Origin: Batkoa obscura
Lineage: Eukaryota
NCBI GenBank assembly: GCA_030770535.1
Contig: JASVEC010000160.1
Span: forward strand, 1 to 38,906
Length of the DNA stretch: 38,906 nucleotides
Direction of reading: 5' to 3'
The notes under the pieces are model-generated. The model worked only from the letters and a program-made list of their open reading frames with translations, was not told the DNA's origin and ran no database searches. Of the stretch, positions 1 to 12,716 are shown piece by piece (within the stretch, counting starts at the first letter, position 1; every line of letters begins with the position of its first letter). Position numbers and translations under genes: made by a program.

Positions 1-1118
1 AAAGAAACGTCATAAAATGAGCATTTTTTTCAATCTTCTTTCATCTAATCAGATTTTTCGTTTATTTGAAATTGCCAACCTAATCAACCCTTACTCCGCA
101 GATAAAGAGCACACTGAATTAGCTACATTTCCTTCTACAATGGAAACGCTGACTAAAGTTTAGATAAAGAAAATAGAACGTTGAAATTCAGTAACGAGTT
201 TTATGATAAAGATGATCCTTTAAAAAATAATGATAATATCAGAATGGATGTGATCCCGTTTGCCATGTATGATAGCACACTCTTTAAAAAAATAAATAGT
301 TATGAAATTATTAGCACTTATATTAATGACAAATAAAATGAAAGAATAGCGAGAGACAGACAAAGTAGCTAAAAAATAATTAAGTAAAGATAAAGTAAAA
401 AATGGTATGTAATTTATGGGAGGTAATAATGGCCGATGATGAAACTATTGAAATGATTCTAACATGATATTGATGATAGTAGTACCATATCAATACTAAA
501 TAAAAAGAAAAAATTGTATTGAGAAGGTCGTATCGTTGATATAATTAAGCTATTTTTTGAGGAAAGATTACTATAAAACTTATTTTTTTAAGGGTATATC
601 CCAAGTATTTTACTTGCAAAAATAAACTTAATTAAAATGAGTTAATACATACTTCTATTGATGGATGGGCTCCAATAAGTGGGATTTTCCTTCCAGTAAG
701 CTTCTACTTAATAAAAGACAGATTCAAAAAGAGCCAATTGCTTTTATTTTGCAAAATGGTACCACTAATATATGTTAGTGGTGAGAATTAAAGGTAATAT
801 GTATATATGAATATCTTACCTGGAAAGCTGCAAAGCTTTTGTAAATGATCCAAACATCAGCCTAAAATATAAAAGCTTAAGAAAATAGATACACATAACT
901 TAGATTTTTAAATATTTTTGAGAAATCATCTAACAAATGGATAATAGATGAAAAAAAGTTAATGTATCTTTAGTAAAAAGAACTGTATGTAGATGCTAGT
1001 GGGGAATAAGTAAACAATGTAAAAGTGTGTGAAAACCTACAACTAAGTGAATAAAAACGAGGATTGATTTTTACAAAAGGACATGTGTTTATGTAAATAA
1101 GCGAATAATAGATCAATA

Positions 1119-2210
1119 TCAATGAGCCAATTTTAATGAGTTTAAAAAATATCTTTGAATAGGTTGATGGATCAATAAGATAAAACATGACGAGGTAAAC
1201 CCTAAGCATAACACCAAGCAGTTGGAATAAAAAGCAATATGCATAAAGTTCATCTCGGCAAAATTTAATATACCTATTATTAGATCTGGTAATAAACATA
1301 GTATATAGCCTATGACTATTACACTCATTTTTACAACCAGTTTGATTTTTTTAAACTTTAACTGGTCAGCTGTCAATAGATGAGATTCATTTATTTCTAG
1401 TTGAAGCATACTTTCTTGATTTTGTTGCGTTAATGCTAGCCTATTTGATTTCCTATTAATTATGAATTTATATTGTGTGTTATTATCATTCTTACTATTC
1501 AGTTGATAACTATTGAAATAAAAATTAGAGTTTGTAGCAGTAACATTAGACGTAATAATGGGGTTCATTATTTTAAAGTAAGCAAGGGTGATATTTATAT
1601 AACAGAAACATATTGTAACTAAACATATTAAGATTCTCAAAGTGTAAATGCAGCAGTGAAATATAAGATAAGTCATATTGTTTTTTTCAATATTGGCACT
1701 CAATCCACAATAAAAGTTGGCTTCGTACCATGAATATGAATTATAATAACCATGCAGGCTAGATAATACAAGTGATAATATAAATGATAGCACTGATAAT
1801 AGATAATATTTTATTGGTATTGTTCGCTTAAACAAGCAAATTTTACTGTATCTTACAAAACTTAATAACGCAACTAGGTCAATGGAAGTACCAATGGTAG
1901 TAGTTACTATGCTGAGATTTAAAGTACAATACCAAACTGGATCGGATAGTAATAGCTCATTGTTGAAATTTATAACATTATACTCAAGCGCTATTATGTC
2001 AAATATAACATATATGTATAGAATGGTATCAGTGATTGTTATTATTAGTATTAATATTAACTCTAAATTGTTTTTTATAGTCAGTTTAGTTATAATTATA
2101 CTAGTTATCAATAAGTTTATCGATAACGAAACTACTGATATGATTAAATAAGTTATACGTTCTATGTTCATTGTTATAAAGACAATGTTCAATTTTTCTA
2201 TTATCTCCAT
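1119..2210 (-). CDS. Class A (rhodopsin-like) GPCR-like 7TM receptor, minus-cluster paralog 1
   Basis: Intronless 363-aa ORF with seven hydrophobic segments. Motifs: N1.50 (SINL), D2.50 (ITDT), C3.25 (WYC), VRY at the DRY position, ECL2 Cys (FYC), CFCY (Y5.58), CLLPD (CWxP position). By homology with paralogs the likely start is the second Met at 2171 (MNIERITY). Confidence 0.85.
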   Translation of the reverse strand: MEIIEKLNIVFITMNIERITYLIISVVSLSINLLITSIIITKLTIKNNLELILILIITITDTILYIYVIFDIIALEYNVINFNNELLLSDPVWYCTLNLSIVTTTIGTSIDLVALLSFVRYSKICLFKRTIPIKYYLLSVLSFILSLVLSSLHGYYNSYSWYEANFYCGLSANIEKNNMTYLIFHCCIYTLRILICLVTICFCYINITLAYFKIMNPIITSNVTATNSNFYFNSYQLNSKNDNNTQYKFIINRKSNRLALTQQNQESMLQLEINESHLLTADQLKFKKIKLVVKMSVIVIGYILCLLPDLIIGILNFAEMNFMHIAFYSNCLVLCLGFTSSCFILLIHQPIQRYFLNSLKLAH

Positions 2211-2435
2211 TTATCAATGCTTCAACTTAGTCATGCAATTTGAAATTATTATCTAAAAACTAATTAATTCCAGAGAGGGTTTACTGGTAGATTAGTATCG
2301 CATTTTGGCTGATATGCATATATTCCCTTTTATTATGGCTAACAAGACACTTGGGGCTTTCGCATTTCAAAAGGGTAAAATACTAAAAAGTCGATTTGAA
2401 TTAGGAATTATTACTAAAATATTATGATTTTATAT

Positions 2436-2535
2436 GGGGGTGTTTTTTTTTTACTTCATTACTTTTTCCATCTTTTAAGCGTTATTTGAGCGGAAAATTT
2501 GCTAGTAAAACTCTTAAACACAAAAATACATCACC
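2436..2535 (+). mobile_element. MITE copy 1 (~100 bp, GGGG...CCCC TIR family)
   Basis: gggggtgttt...aatacatcacc flanked by ATAT/ATAT. A paralogous empty site is visible at 4821-4840. Confidence 0.85.
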
Positions 2536-2873
2536 ATATCCTTAAATGAGGTAAAAAGCCTTTAAGTGCTTTATTAACATGTAAAGTAAAAAATTAATTA
2601 ACATAAAGAAGAAAGCTCAAAAATGATAGCAAGTTTCTGCCCATACTACACATCATTGCTCGAAGTAAGTTTTACATAAACTTGTTTTCCACGTAACTTT
2701 CATAAAGGAGTATAAAGTTTTACAAAATAATTTTCAAGTGTTATTAAAAAAGTAAGAATAGGTGTTTATTTGGAAATCAAATAAAATGACACCTATTTTT
2801 CTATATAACATGAGTTTGGATAAGAGTTTATTAGCAACATGAAGGCATCGATTGGGTTTTAAAGTCAATATAC

Positions 2874-2968
2874 GAGGATATATTTTTTTGCTTAAGGATC
2901 TTACTAACAATCTTTCCGCTCAAATAGCGTTTAAAAAATAGAAAAAGTAATGAAACTAAAATATCCTC
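2874..2968 (-). mobile_element. MITE copy 2
   Basis: Reverse-orientation match to the family (tttccgctcaaatagcgtttaaaa core). Flanks ATAC/ATAT. Confidence 0.8.
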
Positions 2969-3455
2969 ATATAATAGTAAGAGGAGTTAATAAGCTAAAC
3001 AATCATGCTGATGCTTCAAAGGGCTATAGTAAGGCTTTAATGAAAAATCATATCAGTCATAATCCGTTTTAAAATAAATATATTTACAAAATTGACATCT
3101 TTTATCTTAATAGCTGATAAGATGAAAGCAGCAAAAGAGAAATATAGGATAGCCGAAAACTAAACCAATGATTTTGGAGTTTGTGACTTTGATATAAGAA
3201 AGAAATATGAAAGAACATATAATTTTAGTGATTGGATATTAGCTAATAATATTATTTATATAATAGTTTGTACAGTGATTTGTGCTTAATACTGACGATA
3301 ATGGTATCAAGGTAGAAATAACAAGAAAGTAAATAAAAAGTAAACATAAAAAGTTAAGATAATATAATTTTATTATCTCAGCAGAAAAACAACTCATTCT
3401 AATAAATAAACAAAATTTACTTGTTACTCAAATAAGAAAATAGTAGTATCAAACT

Positions 3456-4514
3456 TTAATGACTAAATTTCAAGCATTTGAAGAAACACTTTTGAATCGG
3501 TTGATGGATCAATAATATAAAGCATGAGGAGGTAAACCCTAAACATAGTAAAAAACAATTAGAATAAAAACTAGTATGTATATCATAGTTTGTCTCTGTT
3601 AAACTTAATAAAGTTACTGTTAAATCCGGTAATAAACTTAACATGTAAAATGTTACTACCAGGCCTATCTTTAAGGCTACTTTAATCTTTTCTAATCTTA
3701 ATCGACTAGTTGTTAGTGGCTGGAATTCATTTAGATATATTGGAAGGATGGTGCCTTGGTTTTTTTGTGTTGTCATTGTTACCTTTATTTCGCCATTAAC
3801 TACAATATCATATTGCACGTTATTATTATCGTTATTGCTATTAAACCGACTGCTATTAATAAATAAATTTGGTTTTGTAGTGTTGTCATCAAAGACAATA
3901 GAAGGGTTTAATATTCTAAAATAGGCAACAGCAATATTAAAATAACAAAAGCAAATAACGAAAAAGCAGGGTAAAATTCTAAATGAATAAACTGAATAAA
4001 AAAATACAAAATAAATTGTATTGTCCTTCTGAATATCAATACTTGGTAAGCAATAAAAATTCACCTTATCCCATGAATAAGAATTATGATAGCTAAATAA
4101 ACTAGACAATACAAGCGACAACACAATCGATATTGCCATTAATAAATGACATCTCATAGGCGCTATTTCTTTAAATAAACAAATTTTTACGTATCTTATA
4201 ATTCCTAATAAAGCAGATAACTCAATGGAGGTAACAATAGTAGTGGATATAAGACTAAAATTTAAGACACAATACCAAGTTAGGTTGGATATGAGTAGCT
4301 CATTATCAACTGCAATTATATTATATTCAACCATTGCTAGGTGTGAAATGACAGTTAAATAAAAAATAATATCGTTTATAGCTATTGTTGAAATCATTAC
4401 CAATTCTAAATTATTTTTTAGTCTTAATTTAGCTAGTATTATACTGATTATTGATATGTTTATTAGTATTGAAATCGTTGAGACTATAAAATAAGTTATA
4501 TATTCTATGTTCAT
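3456..4514 (-). CDS. Class A GPCR-like 7TM receptor, minus-cluster paralog 2
   Basis: 352-aa intronless ORF with motifs INDI, WYC, SIELSALLGIIRY, FYC, CFCY, LLPD, SSCFILLIHQPIQ. Confidence 0.87.
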   Translation of the reverse strand: MNIEYITYFIVSTISILINISIISIILAKLRLKNNLELVMISTIAINDIIFYLTVISHLAMVEYNIIAVDNELLISNLTWYCVLNFSLISTTIVTSIELSALLGIIRYVKICLFKEIAPMRCHLLMAISIVLSLVLSSLFSYHNSYSWDKVNFYCLPSIDIQKDNTIYFVFFYSVYSFRILPCFFVICFCYFNIAVAYFRILNPSIVFDDNTTKPNLFINSSRFNSNNDNNNVQYDIVVNGEIKVTMTTQKNQGTILPIYLNEFQPLTTSRLRLEKIKVALKIGLVVTFYMLSLLPDLTVTLLSLTETNYDIHTSFYSNCFLLCLGFTSSCFILLIHQPIQKCFFKCLKFSH

Positions 4515-5564
4515 TATTATTGTAAAAGTTAAAATTAATTAAAATTGCTACACTTTTCATTTATAAACTGTCTCGAATTATTGTATTCTCTTATTCACTT
4601 AGTCAGCCTTACTTTCGTATTTTGCTCCTTTGAGTGGTTTCCTCTTACCCTTATTGCTTTACCTTTTGATGTTTTTTGCATGAATAAAAAGTTGTCATAA
4701 TGGGTAAAAGCCGAAAAAATGTTTCAAATTGATAATACTCTTTAAAACTATAATTAAAAAGAAATTTTAGGCTATGTAAAACTTTGATTTTCTTATATTG
4801 GAAATATCGCTAAATAATTATATGATTTTATATTCTCAAGAAAGTTCAAATGGCTATTGATATATAGAAGCTGAAAGGACTATAAATTCAACGAAGAACA
4901 AGGGTTAAAAAGGATGACTTCCTACTATCATTGCTTATTATTAACCCAGTGTGGTTCCGACAAATACATTTTTCCTTGCAGGTTTCATTAAAAAGGATAA
5001 AATTTATATGAACTAGCTTTTTGAATACCAGTAAAAAAGCATGGAAGTTTATTGTTTAAAAGCTAAAGTATCCAGCTATTTTTACAAACAGAGTTAGTTT
5101 AAATAGAGACAGCAACAGAGGAATCAACTAGGATTTAAACCCAATATTAGTGTTAAAATAATTAACAAATGGATGAAGAGGATGCTCTAAAAAATAATGA
5201 TGAAATTGGAACGAAAAGTCGCTATCAGTGATGTCACGCTTTTAAAACAAACATGGTTATAGAAGCGTATTTTTTAGTAGCTAAAATGAAGTTAACCGGA
5301 GAGAAAGGATAAAATACCCAGAAAATTAATCAATGTGTATGAAGTTTGTGACTTTAACATAACTAGTAAAAATAAGAACATGTGGATTTAAAATAATTTG
5401 ATAGCGGTTGGCAGCACTCTAGTAGAATTGTTTGTGATATGACATTGGTAATAATGCCATTACGGAAAAAAACAATAGTATTTTTTTTTTAATTGTTTCA
5501 GAAAAAATCTTATTGAAAGGCTTTAGTCAAGTAAAAAAAAACAATAAAGGTTAACAGTAATACT

Positions 5565-6617
5565 TTATTTTAATTTCAAACATTTAAAGAAACACTTTTG
5601 AATAGGCCGATGGATTAATAAGATAAAACAAGAAGAAGTAAACCCTAAGCATAAAATAAAACAGTTTGAGTAAAAGGTAGTTTGCATATTGAAATTCGTC
5701 TTTGTTAAACTTAATAATGTTATTGTTACATCTGGCAATAAGCATACTATATAACATACTATTATCAAGCTTATTTTCAAGATTAACATAACTTTTTTCA
5801 ACCTTAATTGATTGACTGTTGGTGACTGAGATTCACTTGAATTTATTTGAGTGATGCTTCCCTGTTTTTGCGATTCTACCATCGACTTGTTGCTTTCTCC
5901 ATTAATTGTTAGTTTATATTGTATAAGACCACTACCCTCATTATTAAGTTGATAGTTGTTAATGCGTGAATTTGAATCTATTGCTGTAGTGTTAAGAACA
6001 ATCGAAGGGTTCATTATTCTAAAATATGCAATCATAATATTTGAATAACAAAAGCAGACGATGAGTAGACAAATCAAAACTCTTAGTGAGTAGATAGTGT
6101 AAAATAATGTAAAATAAGTTGTGTTATCTTTCTCAACGTCAATACTTGGTACACAATAATAGTCTAATTCGTACCACGAATAAGAGTTGTAATAACTGTG
6201 GAAACCAGATAATATAAGCGATAATGCCACAGATATTAATACACATATATAATAACGCATTGGTTTTACTTGTTTAAATAAACAGATTTTATTGTATCTT
6301 ATAATACTCAATAAAGCAGCTAATTCAATAGAAGTAACAACGGTTGTGACTATCAGGCTAAAGTCCAAAGCACAATACCAAGTTGGACTAGATACTAGTA
6401 GCCCATTGTTAACTGAAATCATTTGAAACTCGACTCCTATTATATGTGAGATGGCTACTATGGAATAAATAATGTCATTGATGGCGATTATTGATATTAT
6501 TATTAGTTCTAAATTGTTTCTTAATTTTATTTTAAACAAGATTATACTGCCTATTAACAAGTTTATTACAATAGATATTATAGATATTATTAAATAAACA
6601 ATATATTCTGTTTTCAT
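5565..6617 (-). CDS. Class A GPCR-like 7TM receptor, minus-cluster paralog 3
   Basis: 350-aa intronless ORF with the same motif set (WYC, SIELAALLSIIRY, YYC, CFCY, CLLPD, HRPIQ). Confidence 0.87.
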   Translation of the reverse strand: MKTEYIVYLIISIISIVINLLIGSIILFKIKLRNNLELIIISIIAINDIIYSIVAISHIIGVEFQMISVNNGLLVSSPTWYCALDFSLIVTTVVTSIELAALLSIIRYNKICLFKQVKPMRYYICVLISVALSLILSGFHSYYNSYSWYELDYYCVPSIDVEKDNTTYFTLFYTIYSLRVLICLLIVCFCYSNIMIAYFRIMNPSIVLNTTAIDSNSRINNYQLNNEGSGLIQYKLTINGESNKSMVESQKQGSITQINSSESQSPTVNQLRLKKVMLILKISLIIVCYIVCLLPDVTITLLSLTKTNFNMQTTFYSNCFILCLGFTSSCFILLIHRPIQKCFFKCLKLK

Positions 6618-7258
6618 TATTGTTTTAAAATAAAAACCCTAAAAAACCATTGTTTTGTTTATCATTTAAAAGTGCCTTATATTATCTATTCAAAATCTTG
6701 ATTAATTTGTGTCGATCCTTTTATATTATAGTTGTTTTAGTTTTTTTGTGACTTATTTAATGGCTCATTTTAATAAAACTATTTTAAAAGTTGGTTCAAG
6801 TATTAATGGTCGATATTTAAAGAATCAGGTGTGTAAGTAATTCAACTATAAAAATTATTGTTAAAAAAGCCATAGAAGAGCTGCAACAGCCGTACTAATC
6901 ATCACTGAAATTACTATTACTCTTTTATATTCTTAGAGATGAAAAACTTAAATAATTTGTTGAAAAATAAGTAAAAAAGAAATTAACAAAGAAGCGAGAG
7001 GGTTAGAATCTAGTATTTTTCTTTTTTTTTGCCACTTATTACCAGTATAGCGTTTTTATCTTGATTTAGTTAGAATGTGAAATATTGTTGGTTAGTATGA
7101 TTGAATCAAGCTTACTATTCACTATCTGTATAAAAATTCTAGTAAACTCAGCAAACTTAACACTCAAATTGGTAAACAAATTATATATAGTGAAAAATTT
7201 AAAAAGTTAACAAAGTTAAAATGGAAGTGCTATATAATCATAGTCTAAGTGAATGTAT

Positions 7259-7356
7259 GGGAATATATTTTTGTGTTCAAGAATTTTATTAACAATCCTT
7301 CTACTCAAATAGTGCTCAAAAGATGAAAAAGTAATGAAATCAAAAAAAACACCTAC
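7259..7356 (-). mobile_element. MITE copy 3
   Basis: Reverse-orientation family match with an exact 4-bp direct flank GTAT/GTAT. Confidence 0.82.
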
Positions 7357-8092
7357 GTATAGTTAATAGGGTAGAGGAATTTTGTTTTAAAGCTAAACGA
7401 GAGGAAAACATGCTTTATTATAATCAAAAATAGATTTTATAGGATTTAGGGACATCATTGAGAGATTAAATATATGTAAAGTCAAGACAAATCAGTAAAT
7501 GAACTAATAAACTAGATAATTAAAATAGTATCTAAGGAGTAACAATGGGGCCAATAATAAAAAGTAGCTGTCTGTAGTAGAACACTTTTGAAAACACTCA
7601 TCACAGATTAACATCACTTTTACTACTGATTAAAAAAGGCGGAAAAAGATAATGGATTACATGACTGAAAATCAAAATCATGAGTTCTAAAGTCTATGAC
7701 ATCAAGATAATAGACAAGTACTTAAAAGCTATAGTATCTAATGAGACTAATGAGTTTCATAAACACTTTAATTAAAAGATTTATGATGGAATATTTATAG
7801 CAATAATAGAATTAAATACGAAAATAAAGAAATGAGACAAATTAGCACCGTTAAATAATATTTCTCTTCTGTAACAAAAGCCTAAATTTAAAATAAACTA
7901 TTGTCTTACAGTAATTGTCTATACCTTGAAATAACATATTTCTCGCTCCTATTTTGCTTTTTTCATAGTTCTTACTTTGCCTTTATTCGGGCCTTTTATA
8001 AGTAAAGCACCTTGAGTGCTTAATCTTTCAAGGATTAGAAAAAGCATAAATAAATAAGGGAAAATAGAGATTAAAAATAGATATGAAATAAT

Positions 8093-9154
8093 TTAAATTT
8101 TTAGTTTTAAACATTTAAAAAAAGAATTCTGAATCGGTTGATGGATCAATAAAATAAAACAAGAGGAAGTGAGTCCTAAACAGAGTAAAAAGCAATTGGA
8201 ATAAAATGAAGTGTTCATATTAAAATCTGTTTGGGTCAAACTTAATAATGTTATAGTTACGTCTGGTAATAAGCATAACATATAACTTATCATTACTACA
8301 CTAATTTTCAAGATCAATTTGACTTTTTTTAACCTTAATTGATTGACTGTTAGTGGTTGAAACTCATTTGGGTTTAGGTGAATTATGTTTTCCGATCTTT
8401 CGTGGATTAGTGTTCGTCTACCTGAAGTATTACAATTTATGATATTAAATCCTATGTTATTGGTATTACATTCATTATGTTTATGTTTCTTGTGAAATAA
8501 GTTGGGGTTACCACAGGTAGCATTAACGATAACTGAGGAATTAATGTGTTTAAAATAGGCAAACATAATGTTCGAATAACAAAAACAGATGGTAAACAAA
8601 CACATTAAAATTCTTAGTGAATAAATCAAATAAAAAAATATATAGTAAGGCGTATTATTCTTCTCAACACTGATACTTGGTACACAATAAAAATCTGATT
8701 TGGACCATGAATAAGAGTTGTAATAACTATGTAAACTTGATAATATAATAGATAAAATCACCAATAATATTATAAAGGTATAATAATTATAGGAATCTAT
8801 TTTTTTAAATAAACAAATTTTGTTATACCTAATAATACTTAACAAAGCAACTAGTTCAATAGATGTAACTACAGTAGTAATCACAGCACTGAAATTGAAA
8901 GCACAATAACAAGTTGTAACTGGCAACAATAATTCATTATTAAATTGAATTAAGTCATATTCAATTATTATTATATGGGAGATGGCTAGTAGATAGTAGA
9001 TAATATCATTTATAATGATTAACAAAACAATTATTAGATCTAGCTTGTTTTTTGGTTTTAACTTGAATACGATTATACTACCTATTAATAAGTTTATTCC
9101 TATTGAAATAAGAGATATCAATAAATAAACAACATATTCGATTTCCATTGTCAC
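8093..9154 (-). CDS. Class A GPCR-like 7TM receptor, minus-cluster paralog 4
   Basis: 353-aa intronless ORF with the same motif set (CYC, SIELVALLSIIRY, FYC, CFCY, CLLPD, HQPIQ). Confidence 0.87.
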   Translation of the reverse strand: MTMEIEYVVYLLISLISIGINLLIGSIIVFKLKPKNKLDLIIVLLIIINDIIYYLLAISHIIIIEYDLIQFNNELLLPVTTCYCAFNFSAVITTVVTSIELVALLSIIRYNKICLFKKIDSYNYYTFIILLVILSIILSSLHSYYNSYSWSKSDFYCVPSISVEKNNTPYYIFFYLIYSLRILMCLFTICFCYSNIMFAYFKHINSSVIVNATCGNPNLFHKKHKHNECNTNNIGFNIINCNTSGRRTLIHERSENIIHLNPNEFQPLTVNQLRLKKVKLILKISVVMISYMLCLLPDVTITLLSLTQTDFNMNTSFYSNCFLLCLGLTSSCFILLIHQPIQNSFFKCLKLKI

Positions 9155-10635
9155 AATAATAGATCACTAAAGGTTATGTTTTTTTTGAATTTATAGCCCT
9201 TCCCAAATGTTTTGCATTAATTAATTATGCAAGTAAAACCTAAAACCAAAGTTGGCTAATTTCACCTTCTATATTTCAAATTGAAATTAAAATTAAAATT
9301 AAAATATGAGAGTACTTTATACTAAATTAAGCTTTTTAATAAAATTATCAATCGTTGATAACACTCTGTTTTCCTTATAACAAAACTTTATTTTCATTAA
9401 AATTAATTGTACTCAAAAAAACTTAATTTTAGTTAGCATAAATAAAGATTAATCTGTTTCAAATTAAGTTTTATTTTAAGATAATTAAGTATTGTTTTTT
9501 TAATGTATTTATACTGAGGTATATACAATGATTCTAATTCAAAATAAAGGGATCTAAGCTGAGTTTCAGATAAGTAAGTTCAATTACCAGACCTGATAGT
9601 ATAGATAGAGAGTTAGTATGTCGTCATTCGCATATAAATCTATCAACTAGGTCTAAGACGTGTTTGTTTTCTAGTTAGTGAAGCTTTCTATCTTTTTATA
9701 CTTTACTAATTTGTTTCGATTTACTTTTTAATAATACATTTAGATGTATATTGGTTTGGATTATTAAAGTAATAAGATCTTATCTAACTTTTATCATAGC
9801 TGCATATTTATTGTATAATTTTGGGTATTTAAATAGATATTAAATACAGTAATCAAAGTCATTACAGTAAAAACAATAATAAAATTAATACAACATATTA
9901 AGTTTTTAAATACTATTCTTCTACGTTTATGGTAGTAAGATTAGTATATTGATTTTTGTATAAGTCAAGTTCATTTTGACTAAGACTCTAGAAACTTCTA
10001 TTGAATTACTTTGTATTTTGTTTAATTTTAATTTCAATTAGTATCAAAAAATCCAAATTTTGTCCAATTTTTATTCTACAATCAGTCATAATTAGTTTAG
10101 TAACTCTGTAAGAATCAGATTTTAAATAATGCAATAATATTTTAAGGTTTTGACTAAAATTTTTGAAAAGGTGGTCAATTATAAAAAAACACATATTTTA
10201 ATCAAAAGCTGATAATACTAATTTTGTTTTACTATTTACTCCCTTTTCACCAGTAATATTAAATATATGGTAAGTAGTGATAATGAAAAAGCTTGTTAAA
10301 AGGGCTTTAACCATAAGAATGACATTACTAACGCAGCAACCAAAAAACAATAGGCTGAAAAAAAGGATAAGAGTTAAAAGAAAAATAGTAAAATAGTAAA
10401 TCATGAATAAATATCCTATAATATCAAGAGAATATGAAAAGTATAGGATTTAAGAGAAATAATGATAGTTAATATTAATATCGCTAACAAAATGATTATA
10501 AAAACAACAATATTGGAAAACAATAAAGAGGCAAAGAAGAGTAGTTAGTTTTAAAAAAAGTTAGTTTCAATACATATATCTAATATTTCAGGAGAGAATC
10601 CTCAAGTTAAATGTTTTAGTTAAGTAAGGAGAGAT

Positions 10636-11643
10636 AAATAAACTTTTCAATTAATAAAATAGAACATTAAAGGGTGAGCCCTAAGCAAAGTAAAAAATTA
10701 TTGAAATATATAGTAATATGGGCATCAAAATCTGCTTTTGCCAAAATTAATACATTTACTATTAGATCCGATAATAAGTATAAGGTATATTTTACCATTA
10801 CTATGCTTGTTTTCAAGATCAATTGATCCTTTTTAGACCTTGATTGATTGCCAATAACTAAGATTGGTTTAATTTTGGTTGAAAATAACTTGTTGATTTT
10901 ATTGAGCTTTCACTAGCTCATTGGATCCACCATCAGTCATAAGGCTATACTGCTCCCTACTATCATTATTGTCATTAAAACGATAGTTACTAAGGCATAG
11001 ATTTGAGTCCAAAGTGGCATTATTAAGAGCAATACAAAAGTTCATTATCCTACTATAAGTAAAAGTTATATTTGTATAATAAAAGCAGATGGTAAGCAAG
11101 CAGAGTAAAATTCTTAACTAATAGATCAAAAAATAAAATAGATACTAAGACTTGTTATTTTTCTCAATATTGATACCTGTTAAGCAGTAAGGGTCGAACT
11201 CATCTCATGAACATGACTTATAAGAGCTATCCAAACTAGATAATACAATTAATGTTATAGCAGATAATGTCATAAACATATAACAAGGAATTTGTGGTGC
11301 TTCTTTAAATGAGTGGATATTCTTGTGTTTTATAATACTCAATAAATCAACTAGCTCAGTGGAATTATTAATGATACTATTTATTAAAACAAAAGTAAAG
11401 GAGCAATACCAATTTGGACCGGATAGCTGTGGCCCATTATTAAATACGATTACGCCATACACAACTATGTTTATATACAAGATGACAATTAGATAAATGA
11501 TAATACCAATAAAAGCGATCATTAATATTATTGTTGACTCTAAATTACTACTTATGATTAATTTATATAGGATTACATTTAATATCAATGAGCTTATTAG
11601 CAACGAAATTGATAAGATTTTTAATTATGTTTTCAATGACCAC
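10636..11643 (-). pseudogene. GPCR pseudogene A (near full length, multiple stops/frameshifts, start mutated to GTG)
   Basis: Fragments 11205-11603 (PNWYC...STELVDLLSII) and 10899-11099 (ICFYY) align with the paralogs. The 5' end GTG GTC ATT GAA AAC ATA matches MITENII of 19070-20149. TM6-TM7 DNA homology continues to about 10636. Ends are approximate. Confidence 0.8.
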
Positions 11644-11709
11644 TGTTATCTAAAAGTAAAAGTAAAACTTATTTTGCTTTATTTATTTACGTATTTTAAG
11701 TGACTATAT

Positions 11710-11808
11710 GGGGATGTATTTTTGTGTTTAAGAATTTTAGCAACAAATTTTCCGCTTAAATGGCGCTTAAAAAATGGAAAAAATAATGAAGTCAAAAAAA
11801 ACACTCTC
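11710..11808 (-). mobile_element. MITE copy 4
   Basis: ggggatgtatttttgtg...aaaacactctc with flanks ATAT/ATAT. It lies ~65 bp upstream of pseudogene A. Confidence 0.85.
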
Positions 11809-12447
11809 ATATTGTTTTAAATTATTAAAGTATCCTTTTAAACTAATTTTCAAAAAATCTGTTTTCTATCCTTGAGATTAAAAGGCTCCTAATATTCTAT
11901 TAATGTATAAAAGTAAATTGAACTAATGTAAAGGAGAGCAAATAATAAGATGGATAACCACTTTTAACTCTACTACTTGCCATTAATCAGTTATAGTCTA
12001 GACAAGCTTATTGAAAAAGCAAGGCAGCCATTTTGTTTAAAATCTAAACAAAAGAAGAAGGACTATTCTTACAACCTAAACGAGCTTAAACAAAGATGTA
12101 TCTTTATCATAGGATTTTAAATAAAACAGTTTCTTATTAATGATGTAAGGAGCTATAATCAACATAAAGATGTTGGTTGGAGTTCAAATAGAAGATAAAA
12201 CATTCAAAACAATTAATGAATCAGATAATAGAGGTAATGGTTTAAAGAACAGTAGTAAAATTTAAATGAAAAGTATGTATCAACGACAATAAGCTTTAGA
12301 AAACATTGTTTCAAAAATGTTACTGTTTCTTTTACTAATTAATAAAAAAAGGACATGTTTAGTATTTTATTAAATAAAGCGAGAGTTTAAGATTATTTTC
12401 AGATTTTTGAAAAAATCATTAGGATAGAAAGGATGAAATAAAGTATG

Positions 12448-12517
12448 AAATAATAAAAAACTAAATAATAAAAAACTAAATAATAAAAAACTAAATAATA
12501 AAAAACTAAATAATAAA
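12448..12517. repeat. 15-bp tandem repeat (AAATAATAAAAAACT) x4.7
   Basis: Four perfect units plus a partial fifth, read directly from the sequence. Confidence 0.9.
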
Positions 12518-12716
12518 TCATGAGTTTGTGATTTAAGAAATTGAATAAATCGAAGAGAGATGCGACTTGAGTAAAGTGGTAGCACTTGTTAGCAAAACTA
12601 TTGAAATAAAATATAATGTGTTACTGAGAACAATATTAATATAATAAAAAAATAACAAAGGAAAAAGAAAAGATTAGCATTATTAAAATGAATCAACTAT
12701 TTCCAAAAAAACATAT

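Noticed and set aside
970..2151. ORFs 970-1299(-) and 1882-2151(+), and likewise 11497-11703, 20133-20333, 21499-21684, 37841-38023, 37867-38049
   Set aside because: They are alternative-frame or antisense shadows of receptor genes or pseudogenes, with no independent motifs.
10006..10404. Two in-frame hydrophobic ORFs separated by one stop
   Set aside because: They lie partly in the co-duplicated spacer. The T-rich strand yields hydrophobic codons by composition, and the peptide is not conserved in paralogous spacers.
12370..12585. ORF with (LLFSF)n repeat
   Set aside because: It is the translation of the 15-bp tandem repeat, with no other support.
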